A DNA stretch of 63,123 nucleotides, filler included, from Choristocarpus tenellus KU-1152 (lineage: Eukaryota > Protista > Phaeophyceae), in NCBI GenBank assembly GCA_964200185.2. It is 11 parts of 11 records of this genome, joined end to end, with 100 filler letters (N's around TTAATTAATTAA, not from the genome) between each part and the next. Parts side by side here need not be neighbours in the genome. Positions count along the whole stretch, not along the records: positions 34,775 to 40,243 come from CAXNAD020010682.1; positions 40,344 to 44,037 come from CAXNAD020018466.1; positions 44,138 to 48,687 come from CAXNAD020014037.1; 8 more parts are not named here. The stretch is one strand, 5' to 3'. The translations under genes were made by a program, and so were the position numbers. This document shows positions 36,764 to 48,787 of this stretch, in pieces. The first letter of the stretch is position 1, and each line of letters opens with the position of its first letter. The notes under the pieces were generated by a model. It worked only from the letters and a program-made list of their open reading frames with translations, was not told the origin of the DNA and did not search any database.

Positions 36764-39700
36764 TCACCTCATGTCTTGGACTACGGTGCTCAGCAATCGG
36801 TCAGTATTGATAACAGGCGTTACAGTATGTCCAATAAATGGTGTTCGGATATTCGAAATCAATTGTTTGCCCACCTTCACACCTTCGAAGAACGTAGTGG
36901 CAGTGGAGACCATCTCTTGCATCAGCTCTGGCCAACTCAGCAGTACTTCCATCAGATCCTCTTTCCTAACTGTGAGTAGATCAGAAGTCACATCTGCAAC
37001 TGCTGTAATACTGCAGGGAGAAAAAATATATGTAAATTAGTTATATATGCTAAGACTGGGTAGCATGGGAAGTTGAAAAGCACATTGTTGAGGGGTCTAT
37101 GTTCAGAAACTTTGTTGCTGATCACACTATGATCTGTTATAGGCGATATGTCTTGATGGTGGTTCCATAAACGCCATTATGACCTTGAAGTCCTAAACAA
37201 ATAAAATGTCAGGGCCATTGCTTGTATAATGGACCCATAACTGCTGTAACATACTATGCCATACTATGTAGTATATTTCATAGACCAGGATTGAAGAGAA
37301 CCCCTGCACGACCATACAACCCCGTCTCAAAAGGCTTTGGCTCAGTGAAAATATACCATTGGAGTATCCATGTGAGGCATTCAGAATACTTCGAACAGGC
37401 CGTTTCATATTCTGCCTCTGGTTTAGTAAACAAAAGGAGTCTGACATAGGTACTCAGACCCAAAGTATCTGGGAGGGGGGGGGGGGTCTTCACCAAAGTG
37501 TCAATTTGGACCAACACCAGGAAAAGTGCACTTTCATTATCCATCCACCCAAAAGTCCCGACAAGAAAAATTTAGCTCCAAATGGACAGCCACCACCCCC
37601 CCCCCCAGGTACTTTGAGCCCTCAGGAGAAATATAGTATGACCCTTTCATGTACCAACAATATATGTTGAGATTGTGTCTTTTTAATGACACAAGCCCTA
37701 TGCAGCAACACTGTAGGAAGCACCCCGATGGCTCACATGGTATCAAGAGATTGGGTAAGAGCAGAGGGTCATGTTTGAGTTCCATACTTCAATACCACTA
37801 CGTGCACATGTAACGATGCCCACAATAGGGTTCTCAGAACAAATCTTGAGTTATCATGGCAAGAAACAATTTGGGGTGTACCTGGCCAAACGCACCTGTG
37901 TAAAATATTGAGGACAAGAGCATTATGGCCAAAGTGCCCGTCATCCTTCAATGAGCTCATGTGTATCACCCTACCATCCGCCAGGTGTGGGGTCAATGAT
38001 GTATAGAACGACACCTTGCCACCCCGCAGCAGGTACCAGTGGGTTCCCACTTCTTGCTCCATGTAAATGAAATCGCCATTCTGAGGTAAAAATGAGATGA
38101 AAATGCCCAAGAGGAAGTACAGGTAGAAGAGAGAGGAACATGTTACACATCCACATGTACATCTTCAAGCTGATCAACTCACACTGCTGACTTCCCCTAG
38201 CAGAAGGTTCTACAATAGTCACACCTTACAGTTGATTGTCAGCTTCAGCTTCATCTCTATTTCTTAGGTCACATGTTTCATCTCATATCCATAATTAGGA
38301 CACCCTGCCATGTTGGGCAAGAAGAGCAATCACTCCTACACTGGATTGCTATTGTATTGATGAGGGAAACAAAACTCACCATCACAAAGCACGGCATCAT
38401 CTTCTGCAGGAGCTGGCATACTAGAACTGATGGACGGTTGGCAAGGAACCCAATCCTTTGAGTGATGTTGCGGTGTTGCGCATATAGGAGGGTGGTGGTA
38501 GTAACTGCTGGCATAGAGTCGACAATGTCCGAGCTGTCGAAGATGCTGACCTCCTTAAAGATGTACTTATACTGGCATCGAATCTTTCCAGCAAGAGCCG
38601 TGGGAAACTGGAGATCAACATGAGATAAGCAGGATTTGGCAGATAAGTACCGCGCTATGGTGTTTGGATTGGTTGTTCTTTGAAAGTTTGATATGTCTGC
38701 CCATAATTTCTAGACGATGCATGCCACCTGTATAAGGTTTGAGTATGGCATTACTCCCTTTTAACGATATCAGCCTGCAATGGTTATTTGCACATAAACC
38801 TTAACCACGGGGCATATTCTCCAATCCTCTGTATTTCCAAACGTCAGTCACTTGAAACTGAGCAGCAATGCGCACAAAAACGCATGAGGAGATAAAAACC
38901 ACTCTCCAGGACAGAGGGAAGATGAAAGGGTCGAACACTTCATGCCAGGGAGTCATTGCCATATGTACCACCCTCTCAACAATAATTAGAACCCTTGTGG
39001 TAGCAGACAACAATATTCTCACCCTTTCACCGTAGGTTCCGAGCTCAGTTGGTTGCTTGGAGTCTACCTCAACTCAAACTTGCTGTGTAAATATGTGCAG
39101 AGGGAGACATGCATTGATACACTCGAAATACAGCATATAGCTGTGTGGGGTGTGCAATTGAAAGTGGCGAGCTAGGCATGGTGAAGGGGCAGGAGATAAG
39201 AGGACTGTATAATACCTTTCTGTCGTGCAGCCACTCCTTGATGTGATCCATCTTTTCCTTCTCAATCGCGTCTTCCACATTGAAGTGCTCCATGATCACA
39301 GTCACATTGCCAATGATGTAGCCGAACACACTTGCTCCAACAATCATGCCCACAATTGCAAACCCCCTCTCCAAATCATTGGATGTGTTGATGTCTCCAT
39401 ATCCAACAGTGGTCCTAGCAAGGGGAGACAGGAGTGTGTTGTGCATGTCAAGTGGTAACAGTTGCTACTCAAACTTCTTCAATTGAGCTGAGGAGCACAA
39501 ATCTTCCCTGGTACAGATCTTTCCCTCTCAAACATTAGTGGATAGATTCATACCTTACTAGAACAAGCACATCTACCAGGAGACAAGGTTAGTCTTGTTG
39601 CACCCCTCTCCCCTCTCTCATGTTGGGTAGTGTCAAAGTATCAAAAACGTTAGCCCCGCTGAATCTTGCTTAGAACTCTCAGTTGCTTGTTATATTTCAA

Positions 39701-39895
39701 AATACTTGCCATCTGCTGTCCATAGGTTGGTGTAATATATTCATCAGAGGATGGTATTATCCTTATCCCTTCCTCTGCTTCAAAACAAACATTACATGGT
39801 AGTGAAGGCCCAGTAGATGCTGGCAAGATATTGATGTGATGTTAACCTGTCCTGTATTCCGTAGAATTTAACCCAATTGATCCCGTCAGGCCTTC
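36764..39895 (-). CDS. Voltage-gated K+ channel with C-linker and cyclic-nucleotide-binding (homology) domain, EAG/HCN/plant-Shaker-like superfamily (partial)
   Basis: Exons ~39895-39796, 39414-39216, 38607-38380, 38080-37896, 37010-36768 (or stop at 36764). Pore YLASIYWAFTTMTTVGYGDI, S6 GASVFGYIIGNV, C-linker EKMDHIKEWLHDRKFPTALAGKIRCQYKY, CNBD GDFIYMEQEVGTHWYLLRGGKV..GHFGHNAL..DLLTVRKEDLMEVLLSWPE. Confidence 0.92.
37457..37620 (-). mobile_element. MITE family B, complete, 4-bp TSD CTCA (intronic)
   Basis: CTCA|GACCCAAAGTATCTGGGAGGGG...CCCCCAGGTACTTTGAGCC|CTCA. Confidence 0.92.
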
Positions 39896-40084
39896 TCAGA
39901 TCATGGTAAGAAGAGAATTGCAAAGCAGAACCAGGCCTCAAGGTCACAAGCTTGCACAAGCCACATTTGAGCACTGTTGATGTATGTTGGTCAAAGTTGC
40001 ATTATACTGACACGTAGATGGCCTGAGTTACCTTGATGTATGTGTCTATTTTGGAAACCAACGAGGGATTAAGATTAGCAAGTG

Positions 40085-40243
40085 GGCTCAAAGTATCTGG
40101 GGGGGGAATGGCGGCTGTCCATTTGGGGTCAATTTGTTCATGTTATCGTTTTTAGGTGATTGGATTGCACACGTTGGATGGATAATGGAAGTGCACTTTT
40201 CCTGGTTATGCCCCGAATGGACACCCTGGTGTAGACCTCCCCC
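40085..40243 (+). mobile_element. MITE family B, truncated at poly-C by contig end
   Basis: GGCTCAAAGTATCTGGGGGGG..GTCCATTTGGGGTCAA..AATGGACACCCTGGTGTAGACCTCCCCC; matches 23972-24148. Confidence 0.9.
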
Positions 40244-40343
40244 NNNNNNNNNNNNNNNNNNNNNNNNNNNNNNNNNNNNNNNNNNNNTTAATTAATTAAN
40301 NNNNNNNNNNNNNNNNNNNNNNNNNNNNNNNNNNNNNNNNNNN
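40244..40343. other. Artificial contig linker
   Basis: N44-TTAATTAATTAA-N44. Confidence 0.98.
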
Positions 40344-41230
40344 GGGGGGGGGAAGGAGTGGGGTGGGTAAAAAACATAAAAGCACAGAGGAAACAATAAA
40401 AATCGATGATTAGGGAGCTGATGGGGTAACACATGTGATACATATAGTAAAGCCTTTCCTACAACTTGGTAGCTTTTATTGAAAAAGGAAAAAAACTCAA
40501 ATATATCAACAAAAAAACTTCTTACAAGAACGGTTCTCCACTCCCACCAGCCTCAAAACCAGTCTATTACTTCACCCCCCCCCCCCACCGAATGTGGCCA
40601 AGAAATGTCTCAAAGTTAGGGGGAGCAAAGAAATTGCTTCAGATGTCGGAAAACCTTGACTACTGATCGCCAGCCTTGACATGGCATCTCCATGTACAAC
40701 CCCCTTCTTTTTTTTGAACAAGACATCATTTTTTTTTTTAATTATCAATACGATACAGCTTCTCAAATGGTTACGCCACATACATTACATTTCCACGCGT
40801 TCTTTTCTATCACCTTTTCAAGGCGTTGTCCAACACCAGGTCCGCAACACCTCGTCCTCAGCTAAGAGTTCAACTTGCAATTTGTCACATACTCCCATCT
40901 ACCGCCATTTGATAGAAATCCTTCCAGGAGGAACTCCTTCCAAAATATCGATAACGATCAATAAATCAACGCCCCTCCCCCAACCCCCCCCCCCCCCCCA
41001 AAAAAAAAAAGCCAACTAAAAAGAGTCCATTATTTTTTTCTTATTTTTAATTTCAATACAAAAATTGGAACAATTTCGACTTACTCACTGTCACAAACAA
41101 AAATAAAAACAAAAAAACACACCACAGAAAAATTTCAAATATTTCAAATAAAACATTTCATACCCCGAGCACTAAAATTAAAAATTAAAAAATACCAAAA
41201 AAATGAGCCAAGTTTCACGTCATCACCTAA

Positions 41231-41284
41231 GCACACACACACACACACACAACACAACACAACACAACACACACACACACACAC
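41231..41284. repeat. Compound (CA)n/(CACAA)n microsatellite abutting a splice donor
   Basis: Seen directly. Confidence 0.9.
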
Positions 41285-43859
41285 CTGTACAAGGTTCCTT
41301 AGCTTTCTTCGACTGTACGCAGTATACTGAAACCTCTTCAGGTGAATCACTAGGATAGGTGGGAGTCGCCATATGTCCATCTTTAGGGAGGCGTTCCTCA
41401 GCTCCTTGCACCGCGAGCAGTACCCCTGATTGGTCAACATGAATAAATAAAATTAATGTCACTGGGCATGGCTACCAAGGTCAACACACACACACACACG
41501 CCAACACTACCCAGGATGATAAAAACAAAAAATAATTGAGAAAAAATAAAAAACAGGAGACACCATCATTCCTGCACTGAGCATACTGATGCTCTACTAC
41601 CACCTCAAAAACAGCAGTATTTGTACCTCCCCCCGCCCCCCCCCAAAAAAGAGTCCCTCCAAGATCAGCACAGACTATTATTTCGCATGAGCCCTTAGCC
41701 AGTATATAAAAAACAAGAAGCACCAAAGGGAGACTAAAAAGACACACTGACATGGGCAGAAGGAGGGGGCGGGGATGTGTTTGTTTCATTCCTAAAATTT
41801 GCATGCAGTTGCATCATAGGATAAGTGGCACCAACAAAACATGTAGTTGAACAAGTTACAGCAGTCCTTTGTGTCCACTATAACGCCCATTTTGTAACAA
41901 ACCCAAGTGTGGATGACCTCGCCTCATCCTTGTCATCAAATGATGGAAAACTATACTTATTCCACAACCATGCTTTTACTCATAACAGTAAAAAAAAAAT
42001 CTCCATTTTAAAAAAGAAAAAAATATTCCAAGGAAAAAGAGAGAGAGAGAACCGTTATACAGGAAGGAGTAAAAAAAAAACATTGTGTGAGACAAAAAGA
42101 AATACATTGTCATTATCTAAAATAGTATTGTTAAAAAATTCCAAGGGGTCCCAGACGCACGATAGTCCAAAGGAGGCAATACACACTGCTTGAGAAGTAC
42201 ACAACCAAGGAATATAAAAAAAAATAGTTCTAAGAAGAAAAAAAAGAAAATTGAATCCAAAGGTGAAGAGCACCATCACCCAACAAAATAGAGGAAGGGA
42301 AAGACAAGAAAAAGGGGAACAACACAATAAGCGCCCCACCTCTGCAATGTCCTCCTGAGCAGTGAATGTGTCCATGCACTTCTCCAGACTAAGAGGCATG
42401 GACTCTCTCTCCGCCTGCTTGTTGATGCTGCTGTGGAGCAGGCACGCCAACGCCTCCATGGCATCATAGTGCTCCTGACGACAAATGGTCAAACAAAAAA
42501 AAGACAAAAGAAATGGTTAAAAATGGACAGATTTTTATTAAATTGTCTTTTTTTATCTTCTTTGTTTGTGTGTGTGTGTATGTGTCTAGTACACAAACAA
42601 AAACGCATCCACAGTATACAAGCAAGGTCCAACAATTGATATCACAAAAAAAATAAAAAAATAAACCAACACACATAGAAGACAAAAATAGTAAAATATA
42701 TGTAACATGAACAATAATAATAATAATAATCGAATGTCATCAACAGCACAGTACGCCTCACGTAGAGTACACCTACAAAACCCCAAAAATAACCTCATGA
42801 CAAAAAAAATAATCAGATTCTTCCCATAAAACAAATTGCCCTTGCCCCACCTTCATGACACTCATATGCCAGTCCACTGCCACCGTATCCCCTGGTTTCA
42901 TTGGGCATGCCTCATCTGTGGGGGGGATGAGGCACCCCACACAACCCTCTGACCAACGGCAACGTGAGCAGGCCAGCCCCGAGTTATTCACCAACCGTAA
43001 TCTTTTGAAGGGGTGCAGGAGGGAGGGGTGGGGGAGATACAGGGACATGTCAAGGGGAGGAAACAAAAATGTCCATGAACAGGTCAGGGAGGAGGGACAA
43101 TGAACATGTTGCAGTGCTGACCACAATGATTAGTTGCAGGTCATAGTTGTCAGAATTGCTGCTCCATAGCCCCCATGCAACTTTCCAATCATTCAATGCA
43201 CCTCAACCTCACAAAACTGACAGCAATCCCCCCTGGGGGTTTCCCATTCCACAGGCATGATGACATGGTATACGAACCAATCACATCAACCGACTGAATC
43301 ACTGTCGCACGACATCATTCACCGACTGAATCGAGATCTCTTTTTCTATTCCTTGCACAAACGCCTCCTCTTCAACAACTCTCAACCACTGCTTCAACAA
43401 ACCCCAAGTCCTCGCCTACCCCTCCCTTGTAACAGTCAAGTTCATTTCACAGCATGGAAGTCTATCCCCTTAACATCCATTACCCCTAACGGACCACTCT
43501 ACCAGTAACACCCAAACACACACACACACACACCTGAATCCCCATTGGTTTACTTTTCCAGCTGCAACCCACTTCGAAGTGGCCCGAACTGATTGTGGTC
43601 CATAATCCTCACCCTCTACCTCCCCCCAGACCCCTCCCCTTCGTCCTCCCACACTAGCCCGGGCCCCTCCCCAAGTGCCAGTCCCAGAACTAGCAAAACC
43701 CTTCATCTTGTCAGAGCCCACGGGTGTAGTTTGTTCCCTGCTCTTTGGTGCCTTGCGTGAGTCCACCTGTAGGAATCTCTGGAAACGTGCAAAGAGCCTG
43801 TTGTACAGATCTCGACCTGTCATGGGGATTACCCTGCACACCAACGGGGTTCCAAACAC
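41285..43859 (-). CDS. Ubiquitin-specific protease (peptidase C19; USP4/15/32-like), internal exons
   Basis: Phase-consistent exons 43859-43534, 43001-42851, 42474-42340, 41425-41285: VFGTPLV.., [73 protein letters not shown]. Confidence 0.92.
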
Positions 43860-44037
43860 CTGAGAAAAAAAAACAAAAAAAACAGAGAGGCGTGTATATG
43901 TATGTGTATACAACGTGAATGCCATCAGCAATTTGTAACAGGAGAGAAGTACATAAATGGAGGGGGGGGGGGGGGGCTGTTGTGTAACAGGAGGAACCAG
44001 ACAGATGGTGAAAATACAGAGAAACACTATCCTTCCC

Positions 44038-44137
44038 NNNNNNNNNNNNNNNNNNNNNNNNNNNNNNNNNNNNNNNNNNNNTTAATTAATTAANNNNNNN
44101 NNNNNNNNNNNNNNNNNNNNNNNNNNNNNNNNNNNNN
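44038..44137. other. Artificial contig linker
   Basis: N44-TTAATTAATTAA-N44. Confidence 0.98.
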
Positions 44138-44148
44138 AAAAGGATATT

Positions 44149-44334
44149 GGGTCAAAGTATCTGGGGGGGGGTGTTGGTGTCCGTTTTTCACCCTTTTTTC
44201 GATTTTCACTTTTTTTGGTGTGATTTGGTCGCAGGTGTCGGATTTGAAATGTCAGCAAAAAAAAAATGTTTGACCGAAACGGACGCTCCCCCACAAACCA
44301 CCCCCCCCCCCCCCCCCCCCAGATACTTCGAGTC
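44149..44334 (+). mobile_element. MITE family B variant (different interior), complete
   Basis: ATT|GGGTCAAAGTATCTGGGGG...CCCCAGATACTTCGAGTC|ATT(G); interior related to 1767-1900. Confidence 0.88.
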
Positions 44335-44360
44335 ATTGATACTTCCTAGCAAAGATTGAT

Positions 44361-44400
44361 CCCAAATGGACGCAGACCTACCCTCTAATATACTTTAAAT
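44361..44400 (-). mobile_element. MITE family A terminal fragment
   Basis: CCCAAATGGACGCAGACCTACCCTCTAATATACTTT. Confidence 0.7.
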
Positions 44401-45371
44401 CTACCGATTATTATTTTTTCGTATAGTGTAGTGTGGATACTAGTCTGAGAGGTTGTCAGGGGTACTGTATGCTGCACTACGTCACGACCTACTTGAACTA
44501 ACTGTTGCGCTGAACTAGTTACACTTCACTCATTTTGGCCTTGCTTCTCGTTTGTTGGGTTCATTTATCCCGATAACATACGCATCGCTCCACCTACTTC
44601 CTCATTTCTTGTGCTGGACCCATCTCGGCATTGCTTGTCAATGAAGCCTTGACACCTCGTTCATGGTTCAGCTCTGGATGGACTTGAACACCCCAAGTTT
44701 TTGCTACAGTCTAGTCTCCTTGGTGTTAGCCAAATGAGGCGAACACCAGGAGTTGAACTGGATAATTCCACACAGAAAGCTTTTCTTCCTGTTTCAAAAC
44801 AGCTCATTTATTTTCTGTTCAATTAGAGTAGTAGTCTCATGCAAAGTGCACCTGGTCATGTCTTGTTGTTGAGGTAAGGTGGCACAACAGGTCAATGGGC
44901 TTGGCGAAAGGTGGAGTGTTGAGTGTGCCAAGGTTGGCTTGGTAGGCAGGTGCTCATAATTCCTGGGATCGTTTGAGCTACGCAAGAGTAAGCATAAAAC
45001 AGTAACTTTTGGGGGAGATAGGGGGGAAGGACACACACTTCTCAAACGTTTCAGAAAACCCTTGTATTGCACAATAGGGCGCGCACAGTTTGAGAGATGT
45101 GCAGTGACTTCGGTCAGATAGGACTTCCCACATACTCAATTTATGTGTGAGCTGGCTCTCCTCGTGTTTGAACCAGCCACACCTACATGTTTGCATAGAA
45201 ACTCAAGATGTGAGCATTTTTTACAACGGTCATATAGGGAATATTACTCTGCCCACCAACATTTTCATGCATGCTCTACTGAAAATCGACTATATTTTTT
45301 CTTTATTTACTTGTTCGATTGAAGGGTGTATGCAGCACATGAGGTGAGACGTGTAGGCACCATGTGGCACA

Positions 45372-45549
45372 GACTCAAAGCATCTGGGGGGGGGTGGCTG
45401 CTGTCCATTCGGGCCCCATTTTTCCATGTCGCGATTTTGTGTGATTTGGTTGAATGCGTTAGATGGATAATGTAGGTTCACTTCTCCTGGTCAGGACCTG
45501 AATGGACACCCTTGTGCAATCCCCCCCCCCCTCCCAGATACTTCAAGTC
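45372..45549 (+). mobile_element. MITE family B, complete, older copy
   Basis: GACTCAAAGCATCTGGGGG..GTCCATTCGGG...AATGGACACCC..CCCAGATACTTCAAGTC; TSD not recognisable. Confidence 0.88.
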
Positions 45550-46544
45550 GCAAAATTGCCATAAGAAGTGTCAAGCGGTGTGGGGATGTCTAATGCAAAT
45601 CGTGCAGTGCACATACACACCATAGTATAGTGGAAATATTTGAAGAATTAACAGGTCCAATCACGGTCTTGATTATTCTTCTATTGAACGGATCCTCACG
45701 ACTCAAAACACGCACATGAAAAATAGATCCCTGCCAAGTACTTCTTGCTGAACATCTACTACTACTGAATACGTATGTACATGGAATGAGACTGTACTGG
45801 TAAAAGATGTGACCACTAGTAGGTTGGCAGCCAGGGAAGGAAGTTATAGCAATTGATGGTAGAATGAGCACCGAGCATGAAGCTTTCCCACCTATCACAA
45901 TGAGGGCAGCACCTTTTAAGCACGATGGAGGTACAATTATGTAGCTGGCATGAGGTGGACAATTCGATTCATTATCCATCTGCTTGAAAAAGGATAGTAG
46001 TTGGATTCTCCATTTCCACTGCTCTATTTTGTGCTGCTCATTGGTTATTGTGCACGAGAGAGTGAAAGATCTTGAAATCCTCATTTACTGCTAGAATTGG
46101 TGTGACAAGAGCATACATGACCAGTCGTGCCCTCGAGTGGCAATTGGAATGTCGCATTTAAGAATGCCAGGACTTCTTGTTTAATAAAATCATTTATGTG
46201 ACGTGGTGCACAGTATAAGATAGCTTCACCATACAAGTTGGTGTGAGACTGCTTGTAGTAGTGTCTGCCTCCACCTTCTTTGCATTCCGCAAGCACTTTC
46301 CTGGTTCCATATTATGACGTTTCATTTCCCGGAATAGTTCCAAGTACTTTCTTGAAAGTACAACTCTTAGGGTGATGCCAATAGTGAGGAGAAAGGAGAA
46401 GTTGATGGGGTGATTGCACCCCATTGGCTTAACGTAGTGTCGAGGCTATGTGGAAGACCAGCCAGAGATTTGCATGCCAGAGTAACCAATCCATCATCTC
46501 CCCATAAATTATTAATGTATTTTCACCAGAATAGGAAAATGTGA

Positions 46545-47185
46545 AGGGACTGGGCCGCTAGTTGGTACTGGTGAAATATGTTATTGTGAGAATGGTTCAA
46601 GACATTCGGAATTTCAACCACACCAGGCCGCAGGTTAGCCCTGGTGAAATATGTTTAAACCAGGGTTAGTCCAAGAATGTAAAAAGTTGTCATCGGGACG
46701 GGGATGTGGGCTGACCCTGGTGAAACATGGATTTTAGCACAGCCAGTCCAGCGCAATCAAAGATGTAACAAGATCGGACCACGGACCAGCCCATGGCCCC
46801 ATTAAATCATAGATGATACGGAGCTGGCGAGCTCAGCTCTCACGTAATCATATTATGACAGAGATTTATGCAGCTTAAGGGATTACTAGAAAATCGTTTC
46901 TTCCTATATTGGTCTGACTACGCTCAACATGTTTTGAATGGGTGGGTCCGACCCATCTTGACTGAGCCAGTCCAGGAAACATACCACTGAGTCCAGAACC
47001 GTCAAAGAATTGAACCTGACCAGTCTCAGAAAAATATGTTTTACAGTAGAATTGGCATAGGACCAGCGGAGTTTCAACCACACCAGGCTGCAGGCCAGTA
47101 CCTGTGATAAATGTTTTGGTAGTAGGGTCAGTCCATGTTCGTCAGAGATCTGACCAAACTGGGTAACGCCGGTCCAGTGAAGAGT
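46545..47185. repeat. Degenerate array of short GC-rich motifs (ACCAGGC.GCAGG..AG.CC.GGTGAAATATG-like)
   Basis: Recurring CCTGGTGAAA / TTTCAACCACACCAGGC.GCAGG at ~46568, 46612, 46716 and 47071. Confidence 0.5.
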
Positions 47186-47482
47186 CATGGCATTGATATC
47201 ATACTAACCGTAGAACCTTTCTTTGTGGTCCGAAAAAATAGTTGCAGCAAAGGAATCATAGATCATTCCCCACCTCAAATTCGAGTATCATCATGAAGGA
47301 CTTAAACCCAAGAAAAAAAAGTCTTGGTCAAAGGAGGGAAATGAGAAGGGTAAGCTGGAGGGCGAACAGCCCTTCCAGAAACCTGTTGTGGTGAATATCC
47401 TCAAACCTCGAAGTAGTTCCTGTACCTAGCGGATGTGGTCATCTATAGTGAGATCTGAGACTGGCAAGAATATTCAGATCAA

Positions 47483-47867
47483 GTGCAGTGCACACAGGGG
47501 AGATCCCAGTCTTTGGGAGCCCTCACTGTCCTTGGGGAACCCCTGCTGTCATATTTTTTTCACTTCTTAGGGTTATTTTTCGCACACTGGTTAGGGTTAG
47601 GGTTGGAGTTGGATTCTCGAAAAAGAGTGTGAAAAGTGAAAGATGGTAGATCATTGAGAGGTTGTGGTACACCAGTAGTGCACACAATAGTCCTTAGGGA
47701 TATTTTTCAATAATAAGTTTGGGTTAGGTTTAGGGTTAGGGTTAGGGTTAGAGACAGGGTTAGGTTTTCAAAGATGCGTGGAAGAAGTGAAATAAGTATG
47801 GCAGTGGGGGCTCCCCAAGAACAGTGGGGGACTCCTGAAGATAGGGAATCTCCCCTATGCATTGCAC
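47483..47867. mobile_element. Foldback/MITE-like element with ~85-bp inverted arms enclosing (TTAGGG)n tracts
   Basis: 47483-47567 is the imperfect reverse complement of 47783-47867. TTAGGG runs lie at ~47590-47604 and ~47720-47765. Confidence 0.82.
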
Positions 47868-48646
47868 CAAGACCCACTAGGGAGTGGACTCTCACAACGT
47901 AGACTCATAATCCTCCTATATTTTATGAACCCCAGTCAAGCCTTCAACAACCTAGAATCAAGTGAAACACTAAGGCCTCAGCAGGTCGAGTGACTACCCT
48001 AAACGATTTCTGTTGTTTATTATTTCCACTTTAGCCTGGAACTTCTCCACTACCTCCACCTTATCTAGCCCCCTTGACCCGTTATCAGATGGGTAGTCTT
48101 TCTACCTTACGAACCAACTGTTGCACTACAACAAATTACATTGCCCCATGTATGCCTTATTTTTTCTCACACATCGGATCCAGCCATCCCACCAGTCGTC
48201 ACTCTCCTCCCTCGAATCCGGTATGTGCTCGTCCGACTGCAATGAATCTTTGCCACCATGATCAATATCTTCTGTTTCTTTCCTTCCACCAATCAGATCT
48301 ATCCCAACCTAACTGTAAATGAAAGTGGAGTTTGTCGTGTATATATTTCATGACAACATCAAGCAAGAGGCCTTATACTTTGTGGGATGCATTACTTGTC
48401 GTCCTCTGATGGCACACACACCTCGTAACGCCCTGTTGTTGAGTTCATGTCACGAGTTGTGGCATAGGTGTTCGGACTTCGTATCTTGAGCGTGTACTCC
48501 TTTGTATGATAAGTGATCCTGAATAGGTCTAAATTCTGCTGCAACTGTTGAGGGCACTATCACCTTCGACATACTCTTTGCCCAATCTTGGATCCCTTCA
48601 TCCACCATGAGACGATGGATCACCAGGTAGCTGGATATCGCATCCT

Positions 48647-48687
48647 GGCTCAAAGTATCTGGGTGGGGGTGGCGGCTGTCCATTTGG
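48647..48687 (+). mobile_element. MITE family B terminus, truncated by contig end
   Basis: GGCTCAAAGTATCTGGGTGGGGGTGGCGGCTGTCCATTTGG. Confidence 0.88.
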
Positions 48688-48787
48688 NNNNNNNNNNNNN
48701 NNNNNNNNNNNNNNNNNNNNNNNNNNNNNNNTTAATTAATTAANNNNNNNNNNNNNNNNNNNNNNNNNNNNNNNNNNNNNNNNNNNN
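48688..48787. other. Artificial contig linker
   Basis: N44-TTAATTAATTAA-N44. Confidence 0.98.

Noticed and set aside
39030-39075. tRNA (AGCTCAGTTGG A-box-like)
   Set aside because: No B-box or cloverleaf follows; at most part of a SINE-like intronic repeat (38700-39080) that I cannot verify.
45590-46500. Viral D5 helicase, Fanzor/TnpB or Helitron coding remnant
   Set aside because: I looked for RuvC, Walker and HUH motifs and found none convincing; left unassigned.
47720-47765. True telomere
   Set aside because: Short, imperfect, internal, and enclosed by inverted arms.
48330-48645. Gypsy integrase/chromodomain remnant
   Set aside because: Similarity is too weak to support by eye.
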